Assembly: GCA_038210245.1 (NCBI GenBank)
Contig: JBBQWW010000009.1
Coordinates: forward strand, 2,037-66,036
Length of the DNA: 64,000 nt
Direction: 5' to 3'
DNA from: Acidimicrobiales bacterium
GTDB lineage: Bacteria; Actinomycetota; Acidimicrobiia; Acidimicrobiales; RAAP-2
The position numbers and the translations under genes were made by a program. The stretch's first letter is position 1; each line of letters starts with the position of its first letter. Shown piece after piece: positions 44,058-54,035 of the stretch. The notes under the pieces were generated by a model. It searched no databases. It saw only the letters and a program-made list of their open reading frames with translations, and was not told the DNA's origin.

Positions 44058-44845
44058 TCACCCTGATGCGCTCGGAGTGGCTGAAGCTCCGCACCACCGC
44101 CGTCCCGTGGGTCCTGACCGGGATCGCCCTGACCATCAACGCCCTCCTCATCCTGGTCATCTTCCTCACCCGCCCCGACGTCGGTGGAGGTGGGGGTGGC
44201 ACGCTGGTCTCGCCGGGCTACACCGTGCCCCACACCACCCAGCAGCTGCGCAACCTGGTGGGGGCGGGGTTCCAGGGCTACCTCTTCGCCCTGCTGCTGG
44301 GGACGCTCATCGTCACCACCGAGTTCCGCCACAAGACCGTGACCACGTCCTTCCTGGTCACACCGGTCCGCCCGAAACTGGTGGCCGCCAAGATGCTCAC
44401 CGCCGCCGTCCTCGGGGCCGGGCTGGCCGTGATCCTGCTGGTGGGCACCGTCATCGGGGGTGGCCTGACCCTGTCGGCCCGGGGCGGCTCCTTCACCGAC
44501 ATGGTCCACCAGATCCCGTCGGTGGCTCCCGGCTTCGTCCTGGTCTTCGCCCTGTTTGCCATCCTCGGCGTCGGGGTGGGATCGGTCCTGACCAATCAGG
44601 TGGCCGCCATCGTCGTGGTCCTGGGCTGGTTCATCATCCTGGAGGGCATCCTGACCGGCCTGGTCCACAGTGCCTTCAAGTGGGTCCCCACCGGGGCCGC
44701 CGTGGCCGCCTCCAACCTCACCCGCGACCGGGGCAGTGACTTCGGCCTGTTCCACTGGTGGCAGGGTGCCCTGCTGATGTTGTTCTACGGGCTGGCCTTC
44801 GCCGCCATCGGCTCACTGATCCTGACTCGCCGCGACATCACCTGA
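44054..44845 (+). CDS. ABC-2-type transporter permease
   Basis: 263 aa with about 6 TM helices. GTGA overlap with the ATPase gene. Confidence 0.8.
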   Translation: MITLMRSEWLKLRTTAVPWVLTGIALTINALLILVIFLTRPDVGGGGGGTLVSPGYTVPHTTQQLRNLVGAGFQGYLFALLLGTLIVTTEFRHKTVTTSFLVTPVRPKLVAAKMLTAAVLGAGLAVILLVGTVIGGGLTLSARGGSFTDMVHQIPSVAPGFVLVFALFAILGVGVGSVLTNQVAAIVVVLGWFIILEGILTGLVHSAFKWVPTGAAVAASNLTRDRGSDFGLFHWWQGALLMLFYGLAFAAIGSLILTRRDIT

Positions 44846-44873
44846 CCCGGGTCGCCCCCCGTAGGCTGGCCCG

Positions 44874-46211
44874 ATGGCCGTCCATCCCGCCACCCCTCCC
44901 GCCACCCGCCTGCCCGCCCACGGCGTCGACGCCGAACAGGTGCTGGCCACCATGGCCGGGCTCCGGGTCGACGACCGTGACTGGCGGGGCGGCCGCGTGT
45001 TCAGCCTCGTCTACTCGGCCGGTGAGGACGTCCACCGTCTCCTCGAGCAGGCGGCCACCCTCTACTCGGCGGAGAACGCCCTCAACACCGCCGTCTTCCC
45101 CAGCCTGGGCCGGATGCAACAGGACATCGTCTCCATCGCCACCGGGCTGCTGGGCGGGGACCACCTCCCCGCCGGCGAGTCGGACGGGGTCCGCGGCTTC
45201 CTCACCTCGGGGGGTACCGAGTCCCTGCTGCAGGCGACCAAGACGGCCCGGGACTGGGGACGGCAACGACGCCGGGTCGAGCAGCCCAACATGGTGCTGG
45301 CCACCAGTGCCCACGCCGCCTTCGAGAAGGCCGCCCACTACTTCGACGTGGAGTCCCGACGCGTGGCCGTCCGCCCCGACTTCTCCGCCGACGTGGACGC
45401 CATGGCCGACGCCGTCGACGACCAGACCGTGCTGGTGGTGGCGTCGGCCCCCTCGTACCCCCAAGGGGTGATCGACCCGGTGACCGAGCTGGCCGCCATG
45501 GCCGCCGAACGGGGCGTCCTCTGCCACGTCGATGCCTGCCTCGGGGGCTTCCTCCTGCCCTTCCTGCAGCGGCTGGGGCACGTGGCCACGCCGTGGGACC
45601 TCTCCGTGCCCGGGGTCACCTCGATCTCCGCAGACCTGCACAAGTACGGCTACGCCTCCAAGGGCATCTCGGTGATCCTCTACCGGGACAAGGAGCTGGC
45701 CCGGCTCCAGCCCTTCGTCACCACCAACTGGCTGGGGGGCCTGTACGGTTCGCCCTCGATGGCCGGCACCCGGCCGGCCGGGCCCATCGCCGCCGGCTGG
45801 GCCGTCCTCCACCACCTGGGGGAGGACGGCTATCTCCGCCTGGCCGACGAGGCTTTCCACGCCGCCGCAGCCATCAAGGCGACCATCGTCGACACCCCGG
45901 GACTGGCCCTTCGGGGCGCGCCCGACGCCACCGTGTTCGCCTTCGGTGGTGACCTCGGCGGTGACGGTGGGCCCGGTCGCGACAGCGGACCGGTTCGGAT
46001 CGACAGCTTCGCCCTCGGCGACGCCCTGGCCGAACGGGGAGGGTGGTTCTTCGACCGCCAAAACCACCCCGACAGCCTTCACGCCACCGTCCAGGCCGGT
46101 CATCTGCGGGTGGTGGACGAGCTCGGTGCGGATCTGGTCTCCGTGGCCGACCAGCTCCTCGGGACCGGGACTCGGGCTGAGGACCGGAGCACCACCTACG
46201 GCACCGTGTGA
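44874..46211 (+). CDS. PLP-dependent group II decarboxylase-fold enzyme, sphingosine-1-phosphate-lyase-like
   Basis: 445 aa. The block GVTSISADLHKYGYASKGISVILYRDKE...WLGGLYGSPSMAGTRPAGPIAAGWAVLHHLGEDGY closely parallels the PLP-lysine region of the SPL/Dpl1 family as I remember it. Confidence 0.75.
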   Translation: MAVHPATPPATRLPAHGVDAEQVLATMAGLRVDDRDWRGGRVFSLVYSAGEDVHRLLEQAATLYSAENALNTAVFPSLGRMQQDIVSIATGLLGGDHLPAGESDGVRGFLTSGGTESLLQATKTARDWGRQRRRVEQPNMVLATSAHAAFEKAAHYFDVESRRVAVRPDFSADVDAMADAVDDQTVLVVASAPSYPQGVIDPVTELAAMAAERGVLCHVDACLGGFLLPFLQRLGHVATPWDLSVPGVTSISADLHKYGYASKGISVILYRDKELARLQPFVTTNWLGGLYGSPSMAGTRPAGPIAAGWAVLHHLGEDGYLRLADEAFHAAAAIKATIVDTPGLALRGAPDATVFAFGGDLGGDGGPGRDSGPVRIDSFALGDALAERGGWFFDRQNHPDSLHATVQAGHLRVVDELGADLVSVADQLLGTGTRAEDRSTTYGTV

Positions 46212-46306
46212 CCATCCGGAGCGACCCCGAGGGGGTCCGCGTGGACGGTGTCGGCGACGGGAAGATGCCGGGCGGACCTATTGCCTGGCCGATCTTCATC
46301 GTCTAG

Positions 46307-46337
46307 AACTGCCGGGGTCAGGGCAGACCTCCGGCAG
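46307..46337. promoter_or_regulatory. Inverted repeat ACTGCCGG-N15-CCGGCAGT with a competing inner GGCAG
   Basis: Perfect 8-bp arms, located 65 nt upstream of the MFS ATG. Confidence 0.3.
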
Positions 46338-46401
46338 TGGGGGTGGAATCGGTGGCCTCGGTGGCCGTCGGGCCCGTGGGGCCGATCGGGAGAAGGTGGC
46401 A

Positions 46402-48084
46402 ATGGACCGGAAGTGGTGGACGCTGATCGCCGTCTGCACCGGGACCTTCATGCTGCTGTTGGACATCACCGTGGTCAATGTGGCCCTGCCGGACATCCAG
46501 AAGTCGCTCCACGGGTCGTTCGCCGACCTCCAGTGGGTGGTCGATGCCTACGCCTTGACCCTGGCCGCCTTCCTGCTCACCGCCGGGGTGGTCGGCGACA
46601 TGTTCGGACGGCGCCGCGTCTATGCCACCGGGGTCATCATCTTTTCGGTCTCGTCCCTGGTCTGTGGGGTGTCCACCACTCCGCTGATGCTCAACCTGTC
46701 CCGGGGCGTGCAGGGGGTCGGGGCCGCTGTCATGTTCGCCACCTCACTGGCGCTGATCGCCCAGGCATTCTCGGGCCGGGAACGGGGGACGGCCTTCGGC
46801 ATCTACGGGGCGGTCCTCGGTGGGGCGGTGGCCATCGGACCGCTGTTGGGTGGAGCCATCACCAGCGGGATCGGCTGGCGCTGGATCTTCTTCCTCAACC
46901 TGCCCCTCGGCGTGGTGGCCATCGTGATCTGCCTGGCCAAGGTGCAGGACTCGCGGGACCCGACCACCCGTCGCATCGACTGGATCGGTTTCTTCACCTT
47001 CTCCGTGTCCCTGTTCATGCTGGTCTACGCCCTGGTGCAGGGGAACGCCAAGGGATGGCACAGCCGAACCATCGTCGGGCTGTTGGTGGGCTCGGCCGTC
47101 CTGATGGTGGTGTTCCTGCTGGCCGAGTGGCTCCAAAAGGACCCCATGCTCGACCTGACCCTGTTCAAGCGACCAGCCATGGTCGGGGTCTCGCTGGCCT
47201 CGTTCAGCTTGGCCGCGTCGATCTTCGCCATGTTCCTGTACCTCTCCCTCTACCTCCAAGAGGTGCTCGGCTACGGTCCCTTCCAGGCCGGCCTGCGCTT
47301 TCTCCCGGTGACCGTGCTGGCCTTCCTGGTGGCCCCGGTGGCCGGCAAGCTGAGCGTGCGGGTGCAGTCTCGGTACCTGTTGGGGCTCGGCCTCTTTCTG
47401 GTGGCGCTGGGGTGCGAGCTGATGACCCGGGTCCATGCCGACTCCCCCTGGACGGTACTGCTCCCCGGCTTCGTGGCTGCCGGCATCGGCGTGGGCATCG
47501 TGAATCCGGTGCTCGCCGGGGCCACCGTGGCGGTGGTCCCTCCCGAGCGGAGCGGCATGGCCACCGGGTCCTCCACCACCTTCCGACAGGTCGGCTTCGC
47601 CACCGGCATCGCCGGACTGGGGGCGGTCTTCTTGCACCAGATCCGCCCCAACACGGTGGCCGCTCTGGCGTCCAGCCCCGCCGGCCAGACCGTCCTGGCC
47701 CACGGGGGTGGGCGCCTGAATACCGCCATCAATGGGGGTGGGATCCGTGAGGCGGCCGCCTCCATTCCCACCGCCGGGGCCCGGAACGCCCTCATCGGTG
47801 CCTACAAGGTCGGGTTCACCTCCACCTTCGACCATCTCATGGCCATCGCCACGGCCATCGCCTTCGTCGGGGCGGTGGGCTCTCTGCTCTTCGTTCGCCA
47901 ACGCGACTTCGTCCCCAGCGTGTCCCCGGACGAACCGGGGCCGACCGAACCGGTGCCCCCAGCGCTGCGGCCCCGCTATGCCCACTCCAAGCGGCGCCGG
48001 CGCCGGCGCGACCCGGGGCGACCGGCCCGACCCCCGTCGGGCCGGTCACGACCGCCGGCGGGGGCCTCCTCCGACGTGGGCTGA
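46402..48084 (+). CDS. MFS transporter, DHA2/EmrB-like (14-TM type)
   Basis: Starts MDRKWWTLIAVCTGTFMLLLDITVVNVALPDIQ. GDMFGRRRV is present. The C-terminal tail is Arg/Pro-rich. The track's 45946 start is rejected. Confidence 0.88.
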   Translation: MDRKWWTLIAVCTGTFMLLLDITVVNVALPDIQKSLHGSFADLQWVVDAYALTLAAFLLTAGVVGDMFGRRRVYATGVIIFSVSSLVCGVSTTPLMLNLSRGVQGVGAAVMFATSLALIAQAFSGRERGTAFGIYGAVLGGAVAIGPLLGGAITSGIGWRWIFFLNLPLGVVAIVICLAKVQDSRDPTTRRIDWIGFFTFSVSLFMLVYALVQGNAKGWHSRTIVGLLVGSAVLMVVFLLAEWLQKDPMLDLTLFKRPAMVGVSLASFSLAASIFAMFLYLSLYLQEVLGYGPFQAGLRFLPVTVLAFLVAPVAGKLSVRVQSRYLLGLGLFLVALGCELMTRVHADSPWTVLLPGFVAAGIGVGIVNPVLAGATVAVVPPERSGMATGSSTTFRQVGFATGIAGLGAVFLHQIRPNTVAALASSPAGQTVLAHGGGRLNTAINGGGIREAAASIPTAGARNALIGAYKVGFTSTFDHLMAIATAIAFVGAVGSLLFVRQRDFVPSVSPDEPGPTEPVPPALRPRYAHSKRRRRRRDPGRPARPPSGRSRPPAGASSDVG

Positions 48085-48093
48085 CCCCGGCCC

Positions 48094-48339
48094 GTGAGCA
48101 CTGAACGGCCCTCGGACATCCCGGCCGACCGCCCGCTGACCGAGCCCCACCCCCTCCGGCTCCCCCTCGACCATCCCGATCGGAAGCGCATCCTGGCCGC
48201 CCACGTCGCGGCCATGGACCGGGGCGAGCCCGGCTACCTCGACCCGGGCACCGGTCTCTTCGTCCTCACCGCCTCGTACCTGCTGGACCGGTCGACATGC
48301 TGTCACTCCGGGTGCCGGCACTGTCCCTACCTGGTGTGA
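48094..48339 (+). CDS. Small Cys-rich protein (DUF5522-like, C-terminal CCHSGCRHCPY)
   Basis: 81 aa. ...GYLDPGTGLFVLTASYLLDRSTCCHSGCRHCPYLV matches my recollection of that small conserved family. Confidence 0.6.
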   Translation: MSTERPSDIPADRPLTEPHPLRLPLDHPDRKRILAAHVAAMDRGEPGYLDPGTGLFVLTASYLLDRSTCCHSGCRHCPYLV

Positions 48340-48448
48340 GCGGCCCGGCCGGCGCCGGGCCCCTGGGCGTCCGCCTAGGGTTCCACCCGGGTGCCGACAC
48401 GGCCGACGCCGGCGTCATCGCTGCGGCCCACCACCAGAGGAGACGGGT

Positions 48449-49420
48449 ATGAAGACGAGGCTCACCGACATCCTGAGGATCGAACACCCGGTCATGTTGG
48501 CCGGCATGGGAGGCGTCTCCTACGCGCCCCTGGTCACCGCAGTGTCCGAGGCGGGCGGGTTCGGCTGCCTCGGGGCCTCGACCATGAGCGATGAGCGCAT
48601 GGTGGCCGAGATCGCCGAGGTGAAGGCGGCCACCGACAAGCCCTTCGGCGTCGACCTGCTCACGGCCATGCCCGGGAACCTGGTCGGCCAGGTGGAGCAG
48701 ATCATCGCCGGCGGTGCGTCGGTGTTCGTGGCCGGGCTCGGGGTTCCGGCCGAGGTGGTCGAGCTCTGTCACCGGAATGACGTGCTGGTCATCAACATGT
48801 GCGGGAAGGTCGACCATGCCCGCCGGGCCCTGGAGGCCGGATGCGACATCGTGGTGGCCCAGGGCACTGAGGCCGGAGGCCACACCGGCCAGGTCGCCAC
48901 GCTGCCCCTGGTCCCTCAGATCGTCGATGCCGTCGGTGCCCACATCCCGGTGGTGGCGGCCGGCGGGATCTTCGACGGGAGGGGCCTGGCCGCGGCACTG
49001 GCCCTGGGGGCAGATGGGGTGTGGGTGGGCACCCGGTTCATCGCCACGCCCGAGGCCCGCGGGGTGGCCGGCTACAAGGACGCCCTCATCCGGACCAAGG
49101 AGGACGGCACCACCATCAGCCGGGCCTTCTCCGGGAAGACCATGCGAGTGGTGCGCAACGAGACCACCCGGTTCTACGAGGAGCACCCGACCGAGCTCAG
49201 CCCGTTCCCGGCCCAGTTGGGCAAGGCCATGGAGGAGGGCTCGTTCCACCTGGGCGGGGACGAGGAGACGCCGGGTGTCGATCCCGATCGCGAGTGCTAC
49301 CCGACCGGCCAGGGGGTCGGGGGCATCCAGACGGTGATGCCGGCGGCCAGCATCGTGGCCCAGATGGTGGAGCAGGCCGAGCACATCCTGGGTCAGCTGG
49401 GTACGGCCGCGCCCGCCTGA
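48449..49420 (+). CDS. Nitronate monooxygenase / FabK-like FMN oxidoreductase
   Basis: 323 aa. HPVMLAGMGGVSYAPLVTAVSEAGGFG and VAQGTEAGGHTG are present. Confidence 0.88.
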   Translation: MKTRLTDILRIEHPVMLAGMGGVSYAPLVTAVSEAGGFGCLGASTMSDERMVAEIAEVKAATDKPFGVDLLTAMPGNLVGQVEQIIAGGASVFVAGLGVPAEVVELCHRNDVLVINMCGKVDHARRALEAGCDIVVAQGTEAGGHTGQVATLPLVPQIVDAVGAHIPVVAAGGIFDGRGLAAALALGADGVWVGTRFIATPEARGVAGYKDALIRTKEDGTTISRAFSGKTMRVVRNETTRFYEEHPTELSPFPAQLGKAMEEGSFHLGGDEETPGVDPDRECYPTGQGVGGIQTVMPAASIVAQMVEQAEHILGQLGTAAPA

Positions 49421-49468
49421 CCCAACCGCCTACACCGCCGGAGCCCGGTCGGCCCAGGCGCCAGCGCC

Positions 49469-51010
49469 TCAGTCCGACCGGAGGACGTCACGGTCGCCGG
49501 CCCGCACTCCGGCGATGATGTCCCGGTAGGCACCGGCCGAGTCGTCGCCGAGGGCGTCGGTGTCCATCCAACGCATCCCCGGCGCGCCGCGCTGGCGGTC
49601 GGCCCCGTAAAGGCCGAAACGGGGCTCGTAGGACCCCCACTCGTAGTTGTCCACCAGCGACCAGTGCCAGTAGCCGGTCACCGGCACTCCGTCGTCGACC
49701 GCCGCCATCACCGCGGCCACGTTCTCCCGCAGGTAGCGGGGCCGGTCCCAACCGTCGAGCCGGGGCCACGAGTCCCCGCTGGTGACCCGGTTGCACAGAC
49801 CGTTCTCGACCACCCACAACGGCAGCCCCGGGGCCAGGTCCCGCTGAGCGCCCAACCACCGGGTGAGGGCGGCGGGATCGGGCACGTCGTCCCAGAGCTC
49901 CCGGGTGGGCCGCGGGTTGCGGCCACCCGCCGTCCGGTGGCCGGGCCGTCGGAAGTGCCGGGACACCGTCGGGTCGTACCAGTCGATGCCGAGGACGTCG
50001 AGCGTCCGATCGAAGGGGCTGTCGTAGACCGCGTCCACCGCCCGTCGGGGCACCGGCGATCGGCGGTGGATCACTCCACGGCCGAACGACCCCGTTCCCG
50101 ACCCGGTGCCGGTGCCGCGCCGCTGTCCGTAGGGCGAGGTGGAGGCCCCGAGCCGCCGGACCATGCGCTCGAGCACCCCCGAAGGCGGCACCAACGAGTC
50201 GTGCTGGCGGGCCCGGTCGGCCAGCCAGGTGTCGACCTGCCCCCGTTCCACCCCCGCGCTGCGGGCCAGGAGCACGTCGGTCAGCATGCGGTCGTAGGCA
50301 TAGGCGCTCATGGAGGAGTTGTTGGTGGTCACCACGGCGTCGGGTCGGGCCCGGTGGATGACCTCGTAGCCCAGGACGTGGGCGGTCAACAGGTGGTCGA
50401 CGGCGATGGCGGCATCGTCGAACGCCAGCGTCCTGCCGGGGGGAAACATGCCCAAGAGCCATGACCCGATGGCCAGGACGTTGATCTCGTTGATGGTGAC
50501 CCACCACCGCACCCAGGGCGCCAACGTCTCGACGGCGACCTCCACCCACTCGCGATACCGGGACGGCGCGTCCGGCCGGAGCCAGAGGTCCTCGCCCAGC
50601 CAGGCCGGATGGGTGAAGTGGTGCAGGGTCACCAGCGGCTCGAGCCCGCGGTCGAGGCACCCGCCCACGATGGCCACATAGGCGTCGAGGGCGGCCACGT
50701 CCGGACCACGATCATCGGGGAACACCCGGGCCCACTCCACCCCCAGCCGGAAGCTGGTGCACCCGATGGCGGCAGCACGGTCGAGGGCCTCCTCGGGGTG
50801 CTCCCAGAAACCAACGGCGTTCCCCGAGGGCTCCACCCGGCCGACCTGCTCCCAGGGCAGCCAGTTGTTGGCCGGTTCCCCCGGCCCGTTGAAGCCCCCC
50901 TCGACCTGGAACCCGGCCGTGGCCACCCCGAAGACGAAGTCGTCGGGCCGGCCGGGTCGGCCCGGGCCGCCCGACCCCGTCGCTTCCACGCTGGAGGACA
51001 ACGTCCCCAC
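49469..51010 (-). CDS. Glycoside hydrolase family 1 (beta-glucosidase-like)
   Basis: FVFGVATAGFQVEGG, TINEINV (acid/base Glu) and VVENGL (nucleophile Glu) are present. An internal Gly/Thr-rich insertion occurs. The start is ambiguous (GTG at 51010 or TTG at 51001). The track's 51760 start would overlap the divergent gene and is rejected. Confidence 0.8.
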   Translation of the reverse strand: MGTLSSSVEATGSGGPGRPGRPDDFVFGVATAGFQVEGGFNGPGEPANNWLPWEQVGRVEPSGNAVGFWEHPEEALDRAAAIGCTSFRLGVEWARVFPDDRGPDVAALDAYVAIVGGCLDRGLEPLVTLHHFTHPAWLGEDLWLRPDAPSRYREWVEVAVETLAPWVRWWVTINEINVLAIGSWLLGMFPPGRTLAFDDAAIAVDHLLTAHVLGYEVIHRARPDAVVTTNNSSMSAYAYDRMLTDVLLARSAGVERGQVDTWLADRARQHDSLVPPSGVLERMVRRLGASTSPYGQRRGTGTGSGTGSFGRGVIHRRSPVPRRAVDAVYDSPFDRTLDVLGIDWYDPTVSRHFRRPGHRTAGGRNPRPTRELWDDVPDPAALTRWLGAQRDLAPGLPLWVVENGLCNRVTSGDSWPRLDGWDRPRYLRENVAAVMAAVDDGVPVTGYWHWSLVDNYEWGSYEPRFGLYGADRQRGAPGMRWMDTDALGDDSAGAYRDIIAGVRAGDRDVLRSD

Positions 51011-51154
51011 CTTTCCACTCCGTGCCGGCCGTCCGGAGTCCTGGGTTCCGTCGATGCCGCCCGTGTCGGATGGCGATGGTAGCTTGCGGCCGAAGGTGCC
51101 CCGTGTCCCCTCCCACTCCGACGACCGACCGCTGCCCGTGAGCGGACCGAGCCG

Positions 51155-52681
51155 GTGACCGGCCCCTCGCCCGAGCGGGTGCCGGTGGTGGTGGCTGCCG
51201 GCCAGTCCATCGAACGGGACGCCGTGGTGAACCCGGTCGACCTGATGGAGCGGGCCTGTGAGCAGGCCCTGGCCCTGGCGCCCGCCCTGCGGGGGGCGAT
51301 CGACCGGCTCTCGGTGGTGGACGTCATGACCCGTACCGGACCGGCCCCCGCCACCGAGCTGGCCCGGCGGATCGGGGCGGGGAGCGCGGCCTGCGAGGTC
51401 TCGACCATCGGCGGCAACACCCCCCAGGGGCTGGTCAACCGGGCGGCCACCGACATCGCCGAGGGCCGCCTGTCGGTGACGGTCATCGCCGGAGCTGAGG
51501 CCATCCGCTCCTCGCGGGCCCGACGGGCCGCCGGCCTGCCCAGGGACGACGGCGACACCGGGCTTCCGGCCGATCCGGTGGTCGGCGACGACCTCCCCGG
51601 CGTGGGGCCGGCCGAGCTGGCCATCAGCCTGTTGATCCCGGTCCACGTGTATCCGCTGTTCGAGAGCGTGGTGGCGGCGCGGGCCGGGCACGACACCGAC
51701 ACCCACCGCCGGGCCATGGGCCGCCTGTTCGCCCCGTTCACCCGGGTGGCCGCCGACCATCCCTACGCCTGGTTCCCCATCGCCCGCACCGCCGACGAGA
51801 TCGCCACACCGTCAGCCCAGAACCGGATCGTGGCCGAGCCGTACACCAAGCTCATGACAGCGTTCCTCGGTTCGGATCAGGGGGCGGCGCTGGTGGTGTG
51901 CTCCCTGGCTGCCGCCCGTCGGGCTGGGGTGGCCGACCGGGCCGTGTTCGTCTGGTCCGGGGCAGAGGCCACCGACGTGCGGTTCCCGACCGCCCGCCCC
52001 GACCTCGGTCGGTCCCCGGCCATCGCCGCCGCCGGCCGGGCGCTGTTCGATGCCGCATCCGTGGCCGCCGGGGCCGGGGCGGACGTCGGGGTGGACGATC
52101 TCCGGTGGCTCGACCTCTACTCGTGCTTCCCCTCGGCGGTGGGGCTGGCCACCGAGGCACTGGGGCTGGCTTCCGACGACCGGCGGGGACTGACCGTCAC
52201 CGGCGGTCTCCCCTACTTCGGGGGACCGGGCAACAACTACACCACCCACGGCATCGGGACCGTGACCGACTTGGTCCGTGGGTCCGATACCGGCACGCTG
52301 GGAATGGCCACCGGGCTGGGTTGGTTCGTCACCAAGCACGCCTTGGGCCTCTACGGCTCCACCCCCCCGCCGGCCGGCTTCCGTCGTGGGGACACCGCCG
52401 TCGCCCAGGCCCGGATCGACGGCTCGGCCGTCGAGACGGCGGCGGAGGTGGACCAGGCCACGGTGGCCACGGTGGTGGCGGCCACCGTGATCCGGGACGG
52501 CCAGGGAGCCGCCACCGGCGCGCCGGTGATCGCCCGGCTGCCTGACGGGCGCCAGATGGCCCTGGCCCCGGCCGACCTGGAGGTCACCGAGGCCATGGGC
52601 ACCCTGGACGCCCCCGGACTGGTCGGAGGGTCCGTGGTCGTCCAGTCCGGTCCGGCGCGCTACCGTCTGGCGGCAGGCTGA
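51155..52681 (+). CDS. Thiolase-like protein (long ~500-aa acetyl-CoA acetyltransferase-like family)
   Basis: 508 aa. DLYSCFPSAV and GGLPYFGGPGNNY are present, with an extra ~100-aa C-terminal domain. Confidence 0.7.
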   Translation: MTGPSPERVPVVVAAGQSIERDAVVNPVDLMERACEQALALAPALRGAIDRLSVVDVMTRTGPAPATELARRIGAGSAACEVSTIGGNTPQGLVNRAATDIAEGRLSVTVIAGAEAIRSSRARRAAGLPRDDGDTGLPADPVVGDDLPGVGPAELAISLLIPVHVYPLFESVVAARAGHDTDTHRRAMGRLFAPFTRVAADHPYAWFPIARTADEIATPSAQNRIVAEPYTKLMTAFLGSDQGAALVVCSLAAARRAGVADRAVFVWSGAEATDVRFPTARPDLGRSPAIAAAGRALFDAASVAAGAGADVGVDDLRWLDLYSCFPSAVGLATEALGLASDDRRGLTVTGGLPYFGGPGNNYTTHGIGTVTDLVRGSDTGTLGMATGLGWFVTKHALGLYGSTPPPAGFRRGDTAVAQARIDGSAVETAAEVDQATVATVVAATVIRDGQGAATGAPVIARLPDGRQMALAPADLEVTEAMGTLDAPGLVGGSVVVQSGPARYRLAAG

Positions 52682-52699
52682 CCACACAGGGAGACCGCC

Positions 52700-53470
52700 A
52701 TGTCCGAACTGCTTCGTGAACGCCAGGGTCACATCGAGATCCTCACCATCAACCGGCCCGAGGCCCGCAACGCCATCAACGGTGCCGTGTCCCGCGCCTT
52801 CACCGAAGCCTTCGACGAGCTGGAGGCCGACGACGACTGCTGGGTGGTGATCGTCACCGGCAGCGGGGACAAGGCCTTCAGCGCCGGCATGGACCTCAAG
52901 GCCTTCACCGCCGGGGAGGCCGGCGAGATCATGGGGGCCAAGGGCGGTTTCGGGGGCATCGCCCAACGGGACTTCGCCAAGCCCATGATCGCCGCCGTCA
53001 ACGGGTCGGCCCTGGCCGGCGGGTGCGAGATCATGCTCTCCTGCGATCTGGTGGTGGCCGTCGAGGAGGCCAAGTTCGGGATACCCGAGGTCAAGCGGGG
53101 CCTGATGGCCGGGGCCGGCGGCCTCATCCGGCTCCCCAAGCGCATCCCCCCGGCCATCGCCCTCGAGCTGGCCCTCACCGGCGATCCCATCGACGCCCAA
53201 CGGGCCCTGGCCCTCGGCCTGATCAACCGGGTGGTCCCGGCAGACCGGCTCATGGAGGAGGCGTTGGCCCTGGCCGGCACCATCGCCGACAACGCCCCCC
53301 TCGCCGTCCGGGCCTCCAAGCGGGTCATGAAGCAGGCCGGCGAGCTCCCCGACGCCGAGGGCTGGGCCATCAACAACGCGGCCATGCCCGCGGTGTTCGG
53401 CTCGGCCGACGCCATGGAGGGCCCCACTGCCTTCGCCGAGAAGCGGAAGCCCAACTGGTCCGGCCGGTGA
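52700..53470 (+). CDS. Enoyl-CoA hydratase (crotonase)
   Basis: 256 aa. GDKAFSAGMDLK, VNGSALAGGCE and FGIPEVKRGL are present. Confidence 0.92.
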   Translation: MSELLRERQGHIEILTINRPEARNAINGAVSRAFTEAFDELEADDDCWVVIVTGSGDKAFSAGMDLKAFTAGEAGEIMGAKGGFGGIAQRDFAKPMIAAVNGSALAGGCEIMLSCDLVVAVEEAKFGIPEVKRGLMAGAGGLIRLPKRIPPAIALELALTGDPIDAQRALALGLINRVVPADRLMEEALALAGTIADNAPLAVRASKRVMKQAGELPDAEGWAINNAAMPAVFGSADAMEGPTAFAEKRKPNWSGR

Positions 53471-53901
53471 CCGGCCTGCTCGGCACCGACGTCCCCTCCC
53501 TCGCCGACGGCCTGGGCGGGTTCCGGCTGATCCTGCACGTGCTCGCCGCCACCATCTGGGTGGGCGGGCAGTTCACCGTGGTGGGCCTGCTCCCTACGGT
53601 CCGCACGTTCGGCGAGGAGGCCCCCCGAGCGGTGGGTCGGGCCCTCGGGCGCCTGCTCTGGCCGGCCTACGCCCTCCTGGTGGTCACCGGGTTCTGGAAT
53701 ATCGGTGCCCTCACCGTCAAGGACGCCTCGTCGGCCTGGAAGGCCGTGCTCATGGTCAAGATCGCCGTGGTGGTGGTGGCCGGGGTGGCCGTGTTCCTCC
53801 ATCAGCGGGCCTCGAGCAGGCGGGCCACGGCCGTCTGGGGGGCCATCGGAGCCCTGGCCTCCGTGGCTGCCCTGGGCCTGGGAGTGTTTCTGGCGGGCTG
53901 A
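53467..53901 (+). CDS. Small 4-TM membrane protein (CopD-like helices; hypothetical)
   Basis: The GTG overlaps the crotonase stop (GTGA). FRLILHVLAATIWVGGQFTVVGLL is present. 144 aa. Confidence 0.6.
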   Translation: MTGLLGTDVPSLADGLGGFRLILHVLAATIWVGGQFTVVGLLPTVRTFGEEAPRAVGRALGRLLWPAYALLVVTGFWNIGALTVKDASSAWKAVLMVKIAVVVVAGVAVFLHQRASSRRATAVWGAIGALASVAALGLGVFLAG

Positions 53902-54035
53902 CCAGGACATCCGTCCAGAGCGCCGGCGCCGAAGACCCGGGAGCGCCCCGTGGCGCCGCTGCGCAGCGAACCAGGTCGGACAGGTCTAACCTGGATACCG
54001 CAGCCCCTAGGCAGCTCAGAGAAGGAGACACACCC

